From Lingula anatina (lineage: Eukaryota; Animalia; Brachiopoda): a stretch of 64,000 bases of DNA. Position numbers and translations under genes: made by a program. Positions 1 through 13,937 of this stretch are shown one piece after another (position 1 is the stretch's first letter; every line of letters starts with the position of its first letter). Location: assembly GCA_051362555.1 (NCBI GenBank), contig CM120642.1:12958001-13022000 (forward strand), written 5' to 3'. The notes beneath the pieces were generated by a model. That model was not told the DNA's origin, made no database searches, and saw only the letters and a list, made by a program, of their open reading frames with translations.

Positions 1-297
1 AGGTTTGGTCCTGCAAGAAGGAAACTCCAGCAGGACCTGTCACAATGGTACCTGGTCAGGAGCAGAAGCAGTTTGTGGTGGTAAGGCATTTTTTTCAATT
101 GTTAGTAAATAATATGGTTTTGATTGTCACGGTTACTGGTCGATGTAATATTTATTTGCATATTTCTTGGGTATTTCATGTCATGTGTCTACCAAAACAT
201 CATTAAAATAAGTCAATGAAACAATTCAACATAGCCAACAATACAACATATGGAAGGGACAGGTAAATTGTTTTTATCATCTTCCCAAAACGGGTCA

Positions 298-339
<42 letters not shown>

Positions 340-1653
340 GTTCTCCGCCCGGCTAGGCTATTTCCAAAAGGCAGTCAAGTCACACCTGAGCTTTACTACG
401 CAATTCTTTCATTTTCACTTATTCGCCAAAATTGTAGTGGGGAGGAAAGCAAAGAATTTACTTCTCTTTTTCTTCATACGAATTTTATTCTTTGCATTTG
501 ATAAGGCTGTACGACCTTTGTTTTGCAGTGCCTCGCTGCTCATTACTTCCGCTAGTGGAGCACGCAAATTTGACAGTGTTCCGGCCTATCCATGACGATG
601 ACAACAGCACCGATTTCTTCATAAACGGAACCGAGGCTCACTATTCCTGCCACACTGGGTATTACCGCACCAGCGGAAATACCTATAGGAAGTGTGAAAA
701 TGGCTATTGGACAGGGATATCACCCACGTGCAGCGGTACGAGAAATTGAAATGCTTTGTATGTTTGCGTGCATTTGCGTAGCTTTGACAAGACGGGTTTA
801 TATGATTGATAACATAAGTAAAACTTCTTGTTTTGAGTGTCCCAATTACCGACGGTGTTCTGTCGCATTTCACTTTGTCGTCCCTGTTTCAGATCGCTGT
901 GTTATCCCACCTCCTGGGAAGAATGTAGAGTACGAATACGACGAGTCTCCTATAAACGGGAGCGTCCCCATCGACACTACAGCTTATGGCACCTGTCTAC
1001 CTGGCCATAATCTTGACTCTGGGCAGTTGTGTCGCAAATGTGAGGCGGCCTCATGGTCAGGGGCGCGGCCGATCTGTGCAAGTACGCCATTGGTTTCCTA
1101 TCAGTTGTTAAATTGATACTATATGGGTATTTTTACTTTAATGTTAACTTCGACGTTGACGTACGTAATTCAGATATACATTGCTTTGGAACTTGCCTGC
1201 CTCATCTTACTTCAACCTACATTGTGCCTAGTCAAATACCCTGTGCTATGGTTTAATAAATCCCATATGAATTACTACAAAATATGCAAGGTGACTATTG
1301 GTATGCTATTAATAGTCTCATTATTACGTTTAGATTAGGATCGATCGTAACGTTCAGTGTTTTATTGATCATCATCTTTCAATTAAGGGCACTGCGGCGC
1401 TTTGGGTCCTGTACCCCACGCTAACTTGTGGTTTGTTAGTCCTTTTGGCCGGTTTACCTGCGGCAGCAGCTTTAATCAAAGACCAGACAACGGCGAACAT
1501 CTAAGCGGGACCCAAGCAACGTACACATGCCAAGATGGTTACACATATCAAAACGGGTCTCTTACTAGGACCTGTTACAATGGCGCGTGGTCAGGAACAC
1601 CGCTTGAATGTAGAGGTACAGAAAGTAGCGGAGTTATATTTCAGTGAATAATT

Positions 1654-1697
<44 letters not shown>

Positions 1698-4600
1698 TAG
1701 TTTTTATTTGAACTTTTTGTCAGTTGACCCCATGGTGGTACTTTTTGATTCACTTTAATTGTTAACAATACACTTAAATACGACTAACACAATTAGATTT
1801 GCATTTTAATTTAGAATATCGAAATACCAAAGACAATATTTGATTTAAGAAAAGAGAATTGTAAGAACATGACACTTCGAAAATGTTGCATGATATTACT
1901 AGAATGAATGTTCATAAGGGGAAGACACATAGTCTTTTATTCAAGGTCTAGAATCATGTTCCTTTAAGAGTAGTAAATATAGAATATTATTTTCCAGGTG
2001 AACCGCCACCAGCAACCACCACTGATACTGGGGCAAACACGTCAACGTCGGATCACACCTTGGTAACCACGCCACTTACGGACCAAGCCTCGGCAATTAC
2101 AACAACATCAACATCAGCTTTGGAAACCACACCCGTATCACTGAGCTCTACATTATCCACACAAAACATATCAACGGATCCCAGGACACAAACCGGTGGT
2201 CGAACAACAGGCACAAATCTGGCATTAACATCAGACGTCCAGACAACTGAACATGTCACTGTCACTCTTCCACCTAATTGTTTACTGTCTCATCTCGGGG
2301 GTAATGAGATAGTAATACAGGGTGTGACACACGGAAATGCTGCGAACGTAGTTGACATAATTTACACGTGCAATACAGGCTTTCGGTTCCCGGACCTGTC
2401 AGCGCAGAAAACGAGCAAATGCTTCAACGGTGATTGGCTGAACAATGTGCCCTGTGAGGGTGAGTGTATGGTCCTGTTGAATATCTGGTGTTTCTAAATC
2501 CACACTTTCTATTTAAACTTGCAAAGAAAAGGTTAACATTTATGATAAAAATAATACGTCAGTTTCAGTTTCATTTACTAATACATCGACGTCTAGCAGT
2601 AAGAGCAAACACGCAATTGCACAAACATAAGAACTTCGGTTTGGTAATTTAAAGGTCCATAGCTATTATATCAAACAGTAGATAACGTGATCAACAAAAT
2701 GCATGCACAAGATTTATACACCGTGCCATCTTTTGCGGTGGCCCTACGAGCACCTATGGAAATACTACTAAATATGACCTTAACATGCATAAGGTATTAT
2801 TCACGAATTGATTTCATTTTTTCTGTCACTCTCTGTCTCTCTCTCCAGTTGTGACTTGCCCGGTTCTGGCCGTCCCTCAGTATGCAAGTATCGATAACAG
2901 TAACGTAACATATGGGTCCATGGTAAAGATAACATGTCAGCTAGGATACTGGTTTGATGATGGTTTCAATGAACTGATTACCACATGTACTCAGAATGGG
3001 AGCTGGAACATTACCAATGTGCCTCTGTGTAAAAGTAAGGAACAAATTTGCGCTTTGTACAAAATATGATAGCTGCAGTGTTCGTCTCCCCCATCTGTAA
3101 TATAAATTCGAAGAAGAATCTGTGATTTCATGCATGAGTATTTTTCCCAAATAAATATGTTTATTCAGCTTAATGCAGAAATCTGTTATTTGAACAAGAT
3201 TGATTGATGAACGAATGCAGTCTTTCTTTTTCAAAGTTGAAACGACTAAAAATTGAAAATATTCCAGTTGCGGTGTGCCCTCCTCCTTTAGAAAAAGTAA
3301 CGAGCCAACTAGTGACGAATAACTTTACTACATACGTGTACAATATGACTGTGGATTACATTTGTGTAAACGACAGCTTCTTCGTAGATGGCAGCACTGT
3401 CCGAAGATCACGTTGCAATGCTTATGGAATGTGGTCTCTTAAGTATATACCAGATTGTTCAAGTGAGTATTGCAACAAAATTGATAGAAATCACTTAATT
3501 CAAATCACTTTGTTTCGCCATGTCTTCATTTAATGTTCTTTAATATACAGGTAGTATTTATGCTGATGCTTTGGTTTTCATGCACTTGCATATTTGGGTA
3601 TCAGGACAATTCCCCCCCGGACCATTCCCCCCCGGACTATTCCCCCCGGACAATTCCCTCCCGGACAATTCCCCCCCAGGACGATTCCCCCCCGAAGAAT
3701 ATATATATTTATATACAAATATAAAGTAAAGAATACAAAGTTCAAAGTTCTTTTCATCCATTTTTGAATATTTCTTAGTGTGATGATGCAAATCAAGGAT
3801 AGATAATGTTAATTCTATTGAACAATTTATTTTCTTGGAGTTCAAGTACATGAAATTTTCGAGATAGAAGTACAGAACATTTTATTAAAAATCTGATCAA
3901 AGAATATATATATCTCCAGGTAAAGGAGGGGTAAACAGATGATCTCACTCATCCAGGTAGCCCTTTGATGAATTAACTGTTACTTTTAATTGCTTTATTT
4001 CTCCCCCCCCCCCCTTGATTCAGTAAGTCTTGAATCAAGGTGCATCTCTAGGGAGAGGTGGGGTAAACAGATTTTCTTGCTTATCCAGGTATCCCTGTGA
4101 CTATTTGTCACTTTTAATTGCTTGACCACCACCCACCACACTAAAATATTTATAAAATATCTGTTTACCTGTTCATCTGTTTACCCCACTTTTACCTGAC
4201 CTGAAGGATATGTGGTTATACTTCCATTAGATACTTAATAAATCTTCCTGTACTTGTGCTCAATGAAAAGGGAATTTGTTATAAAATAATTTGTTTCATG
4301 GTGAAGTTATATTATCACACTAAAATGTTAAAAAAATAGATGAAATGTTTTAAACTTTACACTTTCTACTTTATATTTGTATATAAATATATTTCTTGGG
4401 GGGAATCGTCCGGGGGGGGGATAGTCCGGGGGGGAATTGTCCTAGAATCGCATATTTGTCTGTTCTGCTTACCGGTATGTCAACACGTGTGTTTCCCCAT
4501 CTTTTTATTATACATGTATACAATCTCATGGTTATGATCACTGCTACATTCCTCGATCAGCACGCTGAATAATTCATTTTCCAGAAACCATCACCAAGGT

Positions 4601-4781
4601 TGTGCCCCGAAAAAGAGGCTCCCGTACCGTTCCATTGGAGGCACCCATGACAGTCGTGATCCCCAACGCTACCTTCGCTGTGGCCGTCTTTACGTCCATT
4701 ATCCTCTCCATCGTGATCACTGACATCCCATTGTTGACTGTGCAGATAAGACGCGCTTTAAGAAACATTAGGCAACGGTGA
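1..4781 (+). CDS. Sushi/CCP-repeat single-pass membrane protein, 3' part (5' end outside window)
   Basis: GT-AG exons approx. 1-81, 529-735, 892-1080, 1388-1616, 1998-2459, 2849-3034, 3269-3463, 4585-4781. Most encode one CCP module (e.g. YSCHTGY..CENGYWTGISPTC, YTCQDGY..CYNGAWSGTPLEC). Thr/Ser-rich segment at about 2000-2270. Last exon has a hydrophobic stretch (ATFAVAVFTSIILSIVITDIP), a basic tail and TGA at 4779-4781. Confidence 0.88.
3597..4449. mobile_element. Non-autonomous Mutator-like (MULE) element in the last Sushi-gene intron
   Basis: 9-bp direct repeat GCATATTTG at 3588-3596 and 4450-4458. Long imperfect TIRs (ggtatcaggacaattcccccc... / ...ggggggaattgtcctagaatc) contain ~15-bp subrepeats, about 6 on the left and 3 on the right. 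Confidence 0.8.
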
Positions 4782-6010
4782 GACTGGAAAAGACAGCAAA
4801 ACATCCATCCTCGTGCTCGTGGTGCAACTGAGACAGTTGGCAAACCTAACGGTGACAGCGAGCTTTCCAAGGCTAAGCTAATTAATGCTGAGCGTAAACG
4901 GTATTGGTATTGATTGCCCTTGGACCCATTGGCGCCATTATAAATATAAATGAGATAGGCCCTACTAGGTCCTTGTATAGGCCTTCAGGATTATTGGATG
5001 AAAAATTGAATGGATTTCTTCATTGCCATATTTTGAATATTTTGACAATGTGACTGGAACGCCACATAAATGCATTAATAACCATTCCTGGAGGTAAATG
5101 TTTTACTCCTTTTTTGTTATTTGTAATAATTATGTATTCAGATCTTTAAATATTATTTAATTCATTGCATTTATCGAAATTAAATAACATGACATGGTTG
5201 TGTGAAAGTTGTATTTACCTTGCTTTCGAAATGTAATTAAATGTACTTTATTCCCATTTTAAGAAGATCTTTCGAACTTCTGATATTAAATATGTAAAAA
5301 TAACTTTCTCACTCTTAATTTTATATTTAATTAAAAAATTTTATTGGCATACTTTCCTCAGTTTCTACTTTTTATTATGTTTTAGAATACACGATAAATA
5401 TATCAAATACATTATTTAGGTCAAACGGTTGTAAATTGATTATCAATAATCACAGATATGAAGATGCAAAAAACAAAAGCACAAACACATATATCATAAA
5501 TATTATAGATAGGACTATTAGTACAAATGAGACAAAAGAGTACGTGCTTGTTGAAAAGTGGTATAAACTAACCTCATATACTTTTAGCTTTGTACATGTA
5601 TCCAGTAATTCTTTAAAAGACAAAAATTGTTGAATGAAAATGAAACGTTCAATGAATTCCGTTTTGACGAGGCATGAGTTTTATCCGTCCGTAATAACTA
5701 CAAAAACCAGCGTTGTATAGTTACAAGTTTGCATTTTGATAGTTTCAAACTTGTTACCTACTGTAGCACAACATACATGCATCAGTATGTTCTTATTGAT
5801 GCCATCATATGTAGCACAACGCTGTTTCTCCTGCATTCTATTAATCTGGATACATTTATCACCTACAGTATGATATGCCGGTAAGAAGTCCATTTCAGCT
5901 GGAGAAATATGGCCTGGTCAGGTTTCTGTTATGTAGCAGAACACAACAAAAAGACGCAGTGTGCCCGTCAAGTTCGGTTTATGATTAACGTGACTTGTGG
6001 ACCTCTTGCA

Positions 6011-9000
6011 TCACCTCAAGGACTGCTGGGCAGCTTTGTTATCAACGTATTCCTTGACAGTCTCTTGTTTATATTTTTCCCATTGAAGATTGTTGTCCAG
6101 GCGGTCGAGCAGGTCGTCCTCAGTTGGAAATGGTTTATACTGAAATCGGAGTTCGGTATGGATTAATGTAATACAAATTTATATGATTCTTTCTGCATTG
6201 CTAACGTGCTCAAGGCTTTGTAATATTACGTGTATCATTAATAATTATCCATTTCAGAAAATGTTGTTTGCTTTGGTCTTGTTCCTTTTCATTTCACATA
6301 GATTGGTTTTGTATTTGATAATATATTTCATTTCAGTGGATAATCAGAGGAAATATCTAGGAACAAACATAAACTTTCGCCTGGAAACCACACAGTATCA
6401 TTTAGCAAATCTGCATTATTCGCAAAAGTGTTGCTTCAAATAAATGAATAAAGAATGAAAAACCAAAGCTGCCGCACTCGCACAGGCAGTCATCAATAGA
6501 GGGGGTGCTTTCAGGATCTTTAGAACATTTCATGAGCGCGAGTCAAATGTCATTAAAGCCTATATCTCACAGGCCTGTCTGCAAGTCATTATAACGTGAA
6601 GAAATTATGTTTGTATAACCTTTGACCCTTCTTCGCCCAACAGGACCCAAACACCTGTAGGCAACTCGGTAAATATGTATGTACATGTACCCGCGCTACG
6701 GCTCTAATCTGGTCCTCAAAGCAAATTTGGTATCCGGGTCTGAAAGTTTTGTCAACACATTTATGGGGTATACGTGTGCAAAGGGATATATTACCTTCAT
6801 CCTAACAAGACCAAGAACCGTGTCATCGACGTGCATCATAAAGAATTTCTTGTTGATCTGGAGAATATCACAGCCGGCGCTTACCTAAAATACAAATGAT
6901 GTATTACCTTAAAGCACATCTTCAAATGAATAAAGGAGGAATTAATACTGCAAAATACTGAATTTAAAGTCCCATGTGTAACCTAGGTTTGCAGTTAAAA
7001 CGCTCTAAAATAACATATTCAAGTCATCTTAATCGTGTTTTATAAAAGAAATGCCGTTGTTCCTTAAAGTATCATCAGAAATGTATAAAATTAACAAGTA
7101 TATATACGATTAAAACTTCTAAATCCGCCGGGATGATGACTGTCAAGACTTATATACAAATATTGCAACAAAAACAAAGGACAAAAATATCCAAAGTGAG
7201 CATCTCACCAAACTTGCAGAAGCTCCCCTTTCGTCCGGTTCTAAGATTCCTCTCAGACCCTGAAGTAGTTAAGAGGTAAATATAAAAAAACCCTATTTTG
7301 GCCCTCTCGTCATCTCACCTGGCTTTAATTGAGACATTTTCGCCAAAATGGAGAATATGTAATTTGGTAATTATTTAAAAATAACTATCCATTTATTCTA
7401 TAAGCACTATTTTTCCGAACCTAACCAGTATTAACGAACTAGCTCATGTTTAAATAAAAAAACAAAGGTGTTCAAGTTAACGATATGTACCAGATGCAAA
7501 TCCCATGCATAGGGACAGTTTTAGGAACAATTCCAGAAACTAACTCTTGTCAAAAAGTAGTGCGATGATTTGCAACATAAACTGGCACGTTTCACCTTAG
7601 GCCTAATGAATACGGTAGGTGCTACTTACAAACACTTGTCCTGCCTGAAGCGTCTCGATCTGAACAAACGGCGGAACTGCTATTTGATCGTCATCGTCAG
7701 GTTTCAGAGAAACCCTCCTCTTGTATTTTCGGCCATTTTTGGAGCGGCTGCTGTTGGGAGCTATAGATGAACGTGGGGAGGGGTCAAAGCCTTCCTCCTG
7801 AGCTTCTTCTTCAAGTTTCTCTTTCTCTATTTGAAGCCGTAGCTGTTTGATAAAACTTCCCTGATTGTTTAGATTTAAGATATTCAACTTTGGAAGAAAC
7901 GCTTTTGGTTTGGACTCCCCATCGCTTGTCTCGTCTCCTGAAGGTTCGTTCATGGATGCACTTGTCTGGGGTCTTGGTGGATGGAGACTGTCTTGTTTCC
8001 CGTCTCCACCTACCGACGGACTGGTCTGTGGGCGCACCATCTGACTAGTTTTCTTCTTTTCAACCTGAACCTCTGTGGTCAGTTGTCCTTTGAGTTTGAG
8101 TGTAGGCGGAGCTGACTTTGGTGGTGATGATTTTGGCAGGACTATTCTTGGCGTTCCCTCTGGATTTTTGGGGTGATAATGGCCCAGACGATACTGAGAC
8201 TTGACTGGAAAATCAGTCACATAACGAATTAGCTCATAATATAAGGAGTAATTGTTGTGTTCTTCTGTTTATATAATAATAAATAAATTTCCAAAATTGT
8301 CAAGACAAACTATGTTTTTCTATCAAAAATAACGGTAAATGGTGCACACATTGTAAATGGTTCCTTCTGCTTCAACCGTTTCCATTGCAGTGAGGATTTG
8401 TTCTCTGGTTTCATGTCCGACACCCAGTCCAATGGTTAGATATAAGGAAATAAAAGACTATATCTGCATCAACAACTGGAAAATCTACTTTACTAAAATA
8501 ACTTCGTCTACTTGGAATATGGTAGTCACCATACTTACGGTAATCTCTTGCTGATACGAAGTTTAGCAGCTGTTTGGTTTTAACAAAAGGATCGTCTGCG
8601 TCCACCATAGCTTGGACTTTTTTCCTCCGTGCGCTCACACTGATTTTTCCGACACTCAAGTGCTTGATTACGCGGGCCTCGCCCTGTGATGTTGAAAACA
8701 CGTGTTATTTTTAACATATTTTACTGTTAAGGTACTTAAATCAAATAACCAAATGCACACATGCAGTAAATAACGCCTACGTGTAATATATTAGTAGGCC
8801 TACTATCAATTTTCAGGCTATAAAATATACATGCAAGTAAAAATCTGTTTTAGAACCACGTACGGGTTCCTTGACCAAATCGTGAATATTTGATGGTTTC
8901 TCCCAATGATTTAATCATTGATATAATCACAACGTTTTGCATGTGCTGATGCGACAGTAACTGAGACAACCACATCAACCAAACCTTGCTCTCTTGTGGT

Positions 9001-12000
9001 ACTTACCGCCTTTACAACATATATCCATTCAATGTCGTTGCTGTTTTTCACAATAAGTCGTCCAAACCTGGAAGAATGTATTTCCATACTGAATAAGCAG
9101 GTAGATTATACAAAAACTAGAAAGCCCTGCAAAAATAATGACCCCCGTCTTTATTAAAATGTTTGAGTTAATGCGCGTTAGGTTGTCGTTCTCAGATGCA
9201 GAGAGATCTGTAAAATAAATCTGCGTTTGCTGATGAACAAATAAAAATAAGTTACATTGTGTTCAAAAGGAAAAGCAACTTGGTCTCTGCTGAAGCTTTA
9301 ACATGGCTGCAAATCCAAAACTTATCTCTCAAGAAACGTATCGGTATATATGCGCAACGACTGACAGCAGTAATCGCCAATGTACACGTATTTCATTAAA
9401 ATAAACTTACTTGTAGTGCAGGACCGCCCACGTCCCTGGGTTTTTCTCCAGAACTTCCATAGGGAAATGTTGAAATACGATTTCCTTTCTGAAATCATCA
9501 CACACAAGGATTTTATAGCGGTTAAACTTTCAACTAACTGAAATATCCTTCACACATGTTGATTCATGTATGTATGTATATATGTATGCATGTATATGTA
9601 TAGGCTACAGCGTTTAAAACCCGTATATAACCAATTAAGTCTGAAACACACAACGACTGACCTGCAGATATTTAATATTTTAGGGTCCCCTGCATCTTCA
9701 GATTGGCTGAAAATATCCATATAATCCAATCTATGGAGAAAGAGGAGCTCCGCACTTGTACTTTTGATGATGGCATCCGATCGCCTTGCGCAACCACATT
9801 CGAGGTCTTTTTCCTATAAACAGCCATTGAAAAACAAATTACTAGCGAATGCCAATGTTCTATAGGTGAAGTACAAAGAATAGTAGAGAGACAGTGATGA
9901 AAAGGGGTTAATTAAACGTTTGGGACTTGTGAAATACTTTGCATTTTTTCTTTACAGGGACATCTTTTAGGTTACCGGTACAAACTATGTAGTACAGTAT
10001 CAATAACAGGACAATTAACTTTTCAATAATTATTAGATTGTGCAATTTTGCACAAAAGAAGAGAATTCAATAAAACAAAGGTGTCAATTCGCCCCAAGGC
10101 ACATTGAAAAGAAAAATTCACGGTATAGTTACATTTAATACAAAGAGTTGGACAAATACCGGTACATGTATTAGTTTGGCTTTAGTATCTGATTAATACG
10201 CTAGCACGTACATTTACATTGTAATGCGCCTTTTTTTCCACCAAGGACAACATATGAATTTAACCAGTAACGGGAATAGTGGATGTTGGTTGCAAACAAC
10301 AGTGTTCAAAGACTTTTACATGTAGATTAACTTACCCCAAATATATCCCCTCTTTTCAAATGCACGTGTTGTTTCCAGTTCGGAGCATTTTCAATGACTG
10401 GAATGGAAGAAATGGAGTAAATGGAATACTGCGAGATAAACACCTCATATCGAAAATAACATTCTGAGCTCGAATTGCTTTTGAAAGGATTTTGATACAA
10501 ACATTTTGCCTCATTTACTTAAAGTAGCTTATCACAGATGAAAATCATTTCTAGGTTGAAATAAGCACTTTATAGGACTAAAATTGGAAAATATAATTGT
10601 GAATAATATAAATTATTTTTAAATTGAAATAAAAAGCTTTCGGGCTAAAATATGTAAAAAATAATTGTAAATGATACCTGCTCCTGAAAGCACAAAATAG
10701 AGGCCGTCCGATGGTAATCCCCGTCGGATAATGACACGATCACGATAATACCTGAATCATAGACAAGACACATCATCTACACTGCTTTTGTCCCTTTGTT
10801 ACCACAAATTCAAAATTCCTCTAAAACTTAAATCTACATTCAATGCCGCAAATTTGAAAGGCGCTAGTTTTATCATCTTTTAAACTTAAAGATTGTAACT
10901 TTTAAAAATATAATTTCAGAGTGAAAATATATGTATGACTTTTGAAAATATTCTGATGCACGAAATGGATTGTTTTGTCCTTACTTGTCAAAAAATGCAA
11001 ACTGGCATATTTTCTTTTGAACCACGAACGGGTAAAGGTTGAAGCCATCGGAAAGTTTCTTCATCATTTTTAGCACCTGGAATTGTAGAAAAACACAAGA
11101 AACGCGATGAAAAAGAAAAGTGCAACAGACAAAGGATGTTCATAAAATAAACAAAAATCATAAACATAAATTAGTTACAGTAATTTACTGTAATTTTAAT
11201 ACCATATCATCAAAGGGTCTAACGTCTACCTTTAGGAATCTGGAGAATTTTTAGAGAGAGAATCTTACCATCATGGCTTCTTCTTCCGTGCGCGTTCCCG
11301 GCATTTTGTTCAGAATTGCGCGAATTTCTTCGCTGATCAGGTCCTACGGAAAAATTATATGAGACCTTTTTATTCCTTATTTTACCGACTTTATTATTAA
11401 ATATAGTTCTAGGGGCTAAATAATGAGCTTTTTTAATTATAGATAAAGATGTAACAAGAAGAATTTATTTTTCAAACACGTTTGCCATTGACTCGTATTC
11501 AATACATAAATGTTTCTGTATTTATAACTCGGACGCCTCTACTTCACACTCTGAGGACACTGTCACTGCAAAAAGATTAAAGGAAAATTATTGCACTGCT
11601 TGCTGCTCTAAATATTTTGCTTCATTTAGTTTACATTCACGTAAGTTCTATAATTACGACAGATACAATGCCCGCACCGACCTTTTTCTTACGGCATTTT
11701 GTGTTACGGAAATTGGCCTAATTTAGCAAAGCTTTTTCAATGACGGAAAGCAAAGGCAGCGTTAAGAAGAATGTGACTGCTAAAACCAGGATCGATACCG
11801 TCTTTGCGGAAAAGCAATTTTGATAAAAAAGCAACCCACGTTCTTTGTAGTTTTAAAGTAGTAATTAATTGGGCGAGGTATTGAGGTGTTCAATATTGAC
11901 TGAAACTCGACAATCTTATTCACCGCACTCATGCGTCCAAGTTTGCACTAGTCGGTGCAAGGAAACATTAAGTACAAACCCCCTACTAGTTTTGTTCTGT

Positions 12001-13412
12001 GGATGACTGAACATGTCTGATAATAATGAATGTGCGCGAGAGGAGTTGCCACGCCTTAAATGCATGCTGAACGAATTCTTATAATTCACGGTATTCATAT
12101 TTCTAAGGAATATGAAAAATCACACCTAAAACCACTGACAACTGGGTTATGAGTACCTATACACTTTACTATGCTTCTTTTGTATGTTAAAATAAAGTGA
12201 TTTCTCTCTAATGATTAATGACTCCTGATAATGACTTATTCATTCCCTCCTGCCCATCAGAACCATAATTCCTTCGAACAGAACTTACATCGGACTTAAA
12301 ATCCTTTTTGTATTCGGCAAAATCGAAGACGATCTTGTCTCTGCCGGTGCCCTCCTCGTTATTGACGTAGGTGATGAAGGCAGTCTTACTTCCCAGCTTC
12401 TTCCTCTCCTCGCCCTCCAAATCGTCTAAGATGGCGTACCAGGACTCGTTACGGACGTAGTATGCTAGGAGACTGAAAATAGAAGAAAAGGGGTTCATTA
12501 TTTAGCATACACGTTCTCGTTACTAGTAAACATCTTTTACTTGAATCATGCACGCACGTTTTCCACAAAGATTTTTCTTTTAACAGCGCACCCACCTATC
12601 TTTATGGACAGGAAACAAATTTCGAAACAAGGGAATTGGGATGTTTTTCCAAATGTGCAGAAATATTTTGTGTAACACAAGATATTTCATTAAACTGCTA
12701 TAGTAGTCAAAACTAACAAAAATACCACTGAACTACATGTATTATTTAGCCCGATATTGGCATTTTTGATCAGCTTAAAATACTTGAGTTCATTAATACA
12801 CAAATACAATTTCTTCCCAACTTGAACCCCCCCACCCCCACCCACCCACCATGTGCGTGCATTCTTTGTTTAGTAATAAGCATTTTAACGCAACTAAGGT
12901 GTTAAAGGATGTGCCATGGCGAAGACAAACACATTATTTTGTTAAAAGGCGCTCATGTTTTCTTAATGCCTTTTTGAATGTGCCTACTTACTCTTGACAA
13001 ACATGAGACACGTTAATAATCATCTGCACTGCCTTGGCTGTCCGACGAAACTTGTCATAGGGCTGTAAGATAAAATGATAGATATTGGATTAGGTGAATG
13101 ATAAATTCGATCACCATTATGAAAACATACACGTAATATGTTGGTATGCAGGCATAGATAAAGATTGTGAAGTATATTGTACACCCGCGCGCGTGCGCGT
13201 ATGCGCGTGCGTGATTACGGGTTGTTCTTTGTATGGGTATGCTTATATAGGGCCTATTCATTTAAATGTAAGTGAGTGTTTGCAGTTCCTTGGGGTAGCA
13301 GGGGGGGGGTGTTATCCTAGAATTTCAATATCTATAAGAAAAAACTGTGAATCCTTCCCCGCCTTGTGATCCCCTGTATCAAAAAATGCTCGGTCTCTCT
13401 CTCCCCCCTCTT

Positions 13413-13450
<38 letters not shown>

Positions 13451-13937
13451 TGTTTGTGTGTGTGAGATAGAGAGACAGGAAACTAAATAAGTGCCAATAC
13501 CTATTTAAAAATCACTTTCTCATGATGCATCTTTCTAACAATTGTTTGAATAGTTACATGTACCAAGAAATGTTGAACTTACTTCGATGAAATTCATCAC
13601 TTACCCGAACGTAATTAGATTTCTCTGTTTCCTCTTTCTTCACTTCTGCTTCAAACAGTCGACTCTCTTCTTCCGATGCTGTCTGTTTCTTCTTTTTTCT
13701 CCTTCTTTTTCTTTTCCATTGCCGCGCATCAGCAGACATATACTGGCCCAGGTCCAGTTTTTGTACGGGAATATTTTGAAACTTTGTTAATCGGTAATTT
13801 GATTTAACATAGTCCACTTTAGACTTGGACATCAACTTGTCCACTTGTTTCTTAGCACCTTGGTAATCAGATGATTTCTTTAACATCTGATCAATTTCTC
13901 GGGCAACTAATGTGCCTGGTATGACGTCTGTTGCCAT
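6011..13937 (-). CDS. Cyclic nucleotide-binding domain protein (CNBD2-like), multi-exon
   Basis: Exons approx. 13937-13583, 12464-12289, 11343-11269, 11076-10985, 10751-10678 (YYRDRVIIRRGLPSDGLYFVLSG), 10397-10336 (LKRGDIFG), 9813-9662 (RRSDAII..ELLFL), 9490-9411, 9068-9008, 8684-8538, ~8220-7630, 7261-7210, 6885-6796, 6139-6011 (stop TGA). Two CNB-like domains. The middle exon boundaries are less certain. Confidence 0.8.

Noticed and set aside
3558-3851. Gly/Pro-rich ORFs (GGNSPGGN)
   Set aside because: They are translations of the 15-bp subrepeats in the MULE TIR.
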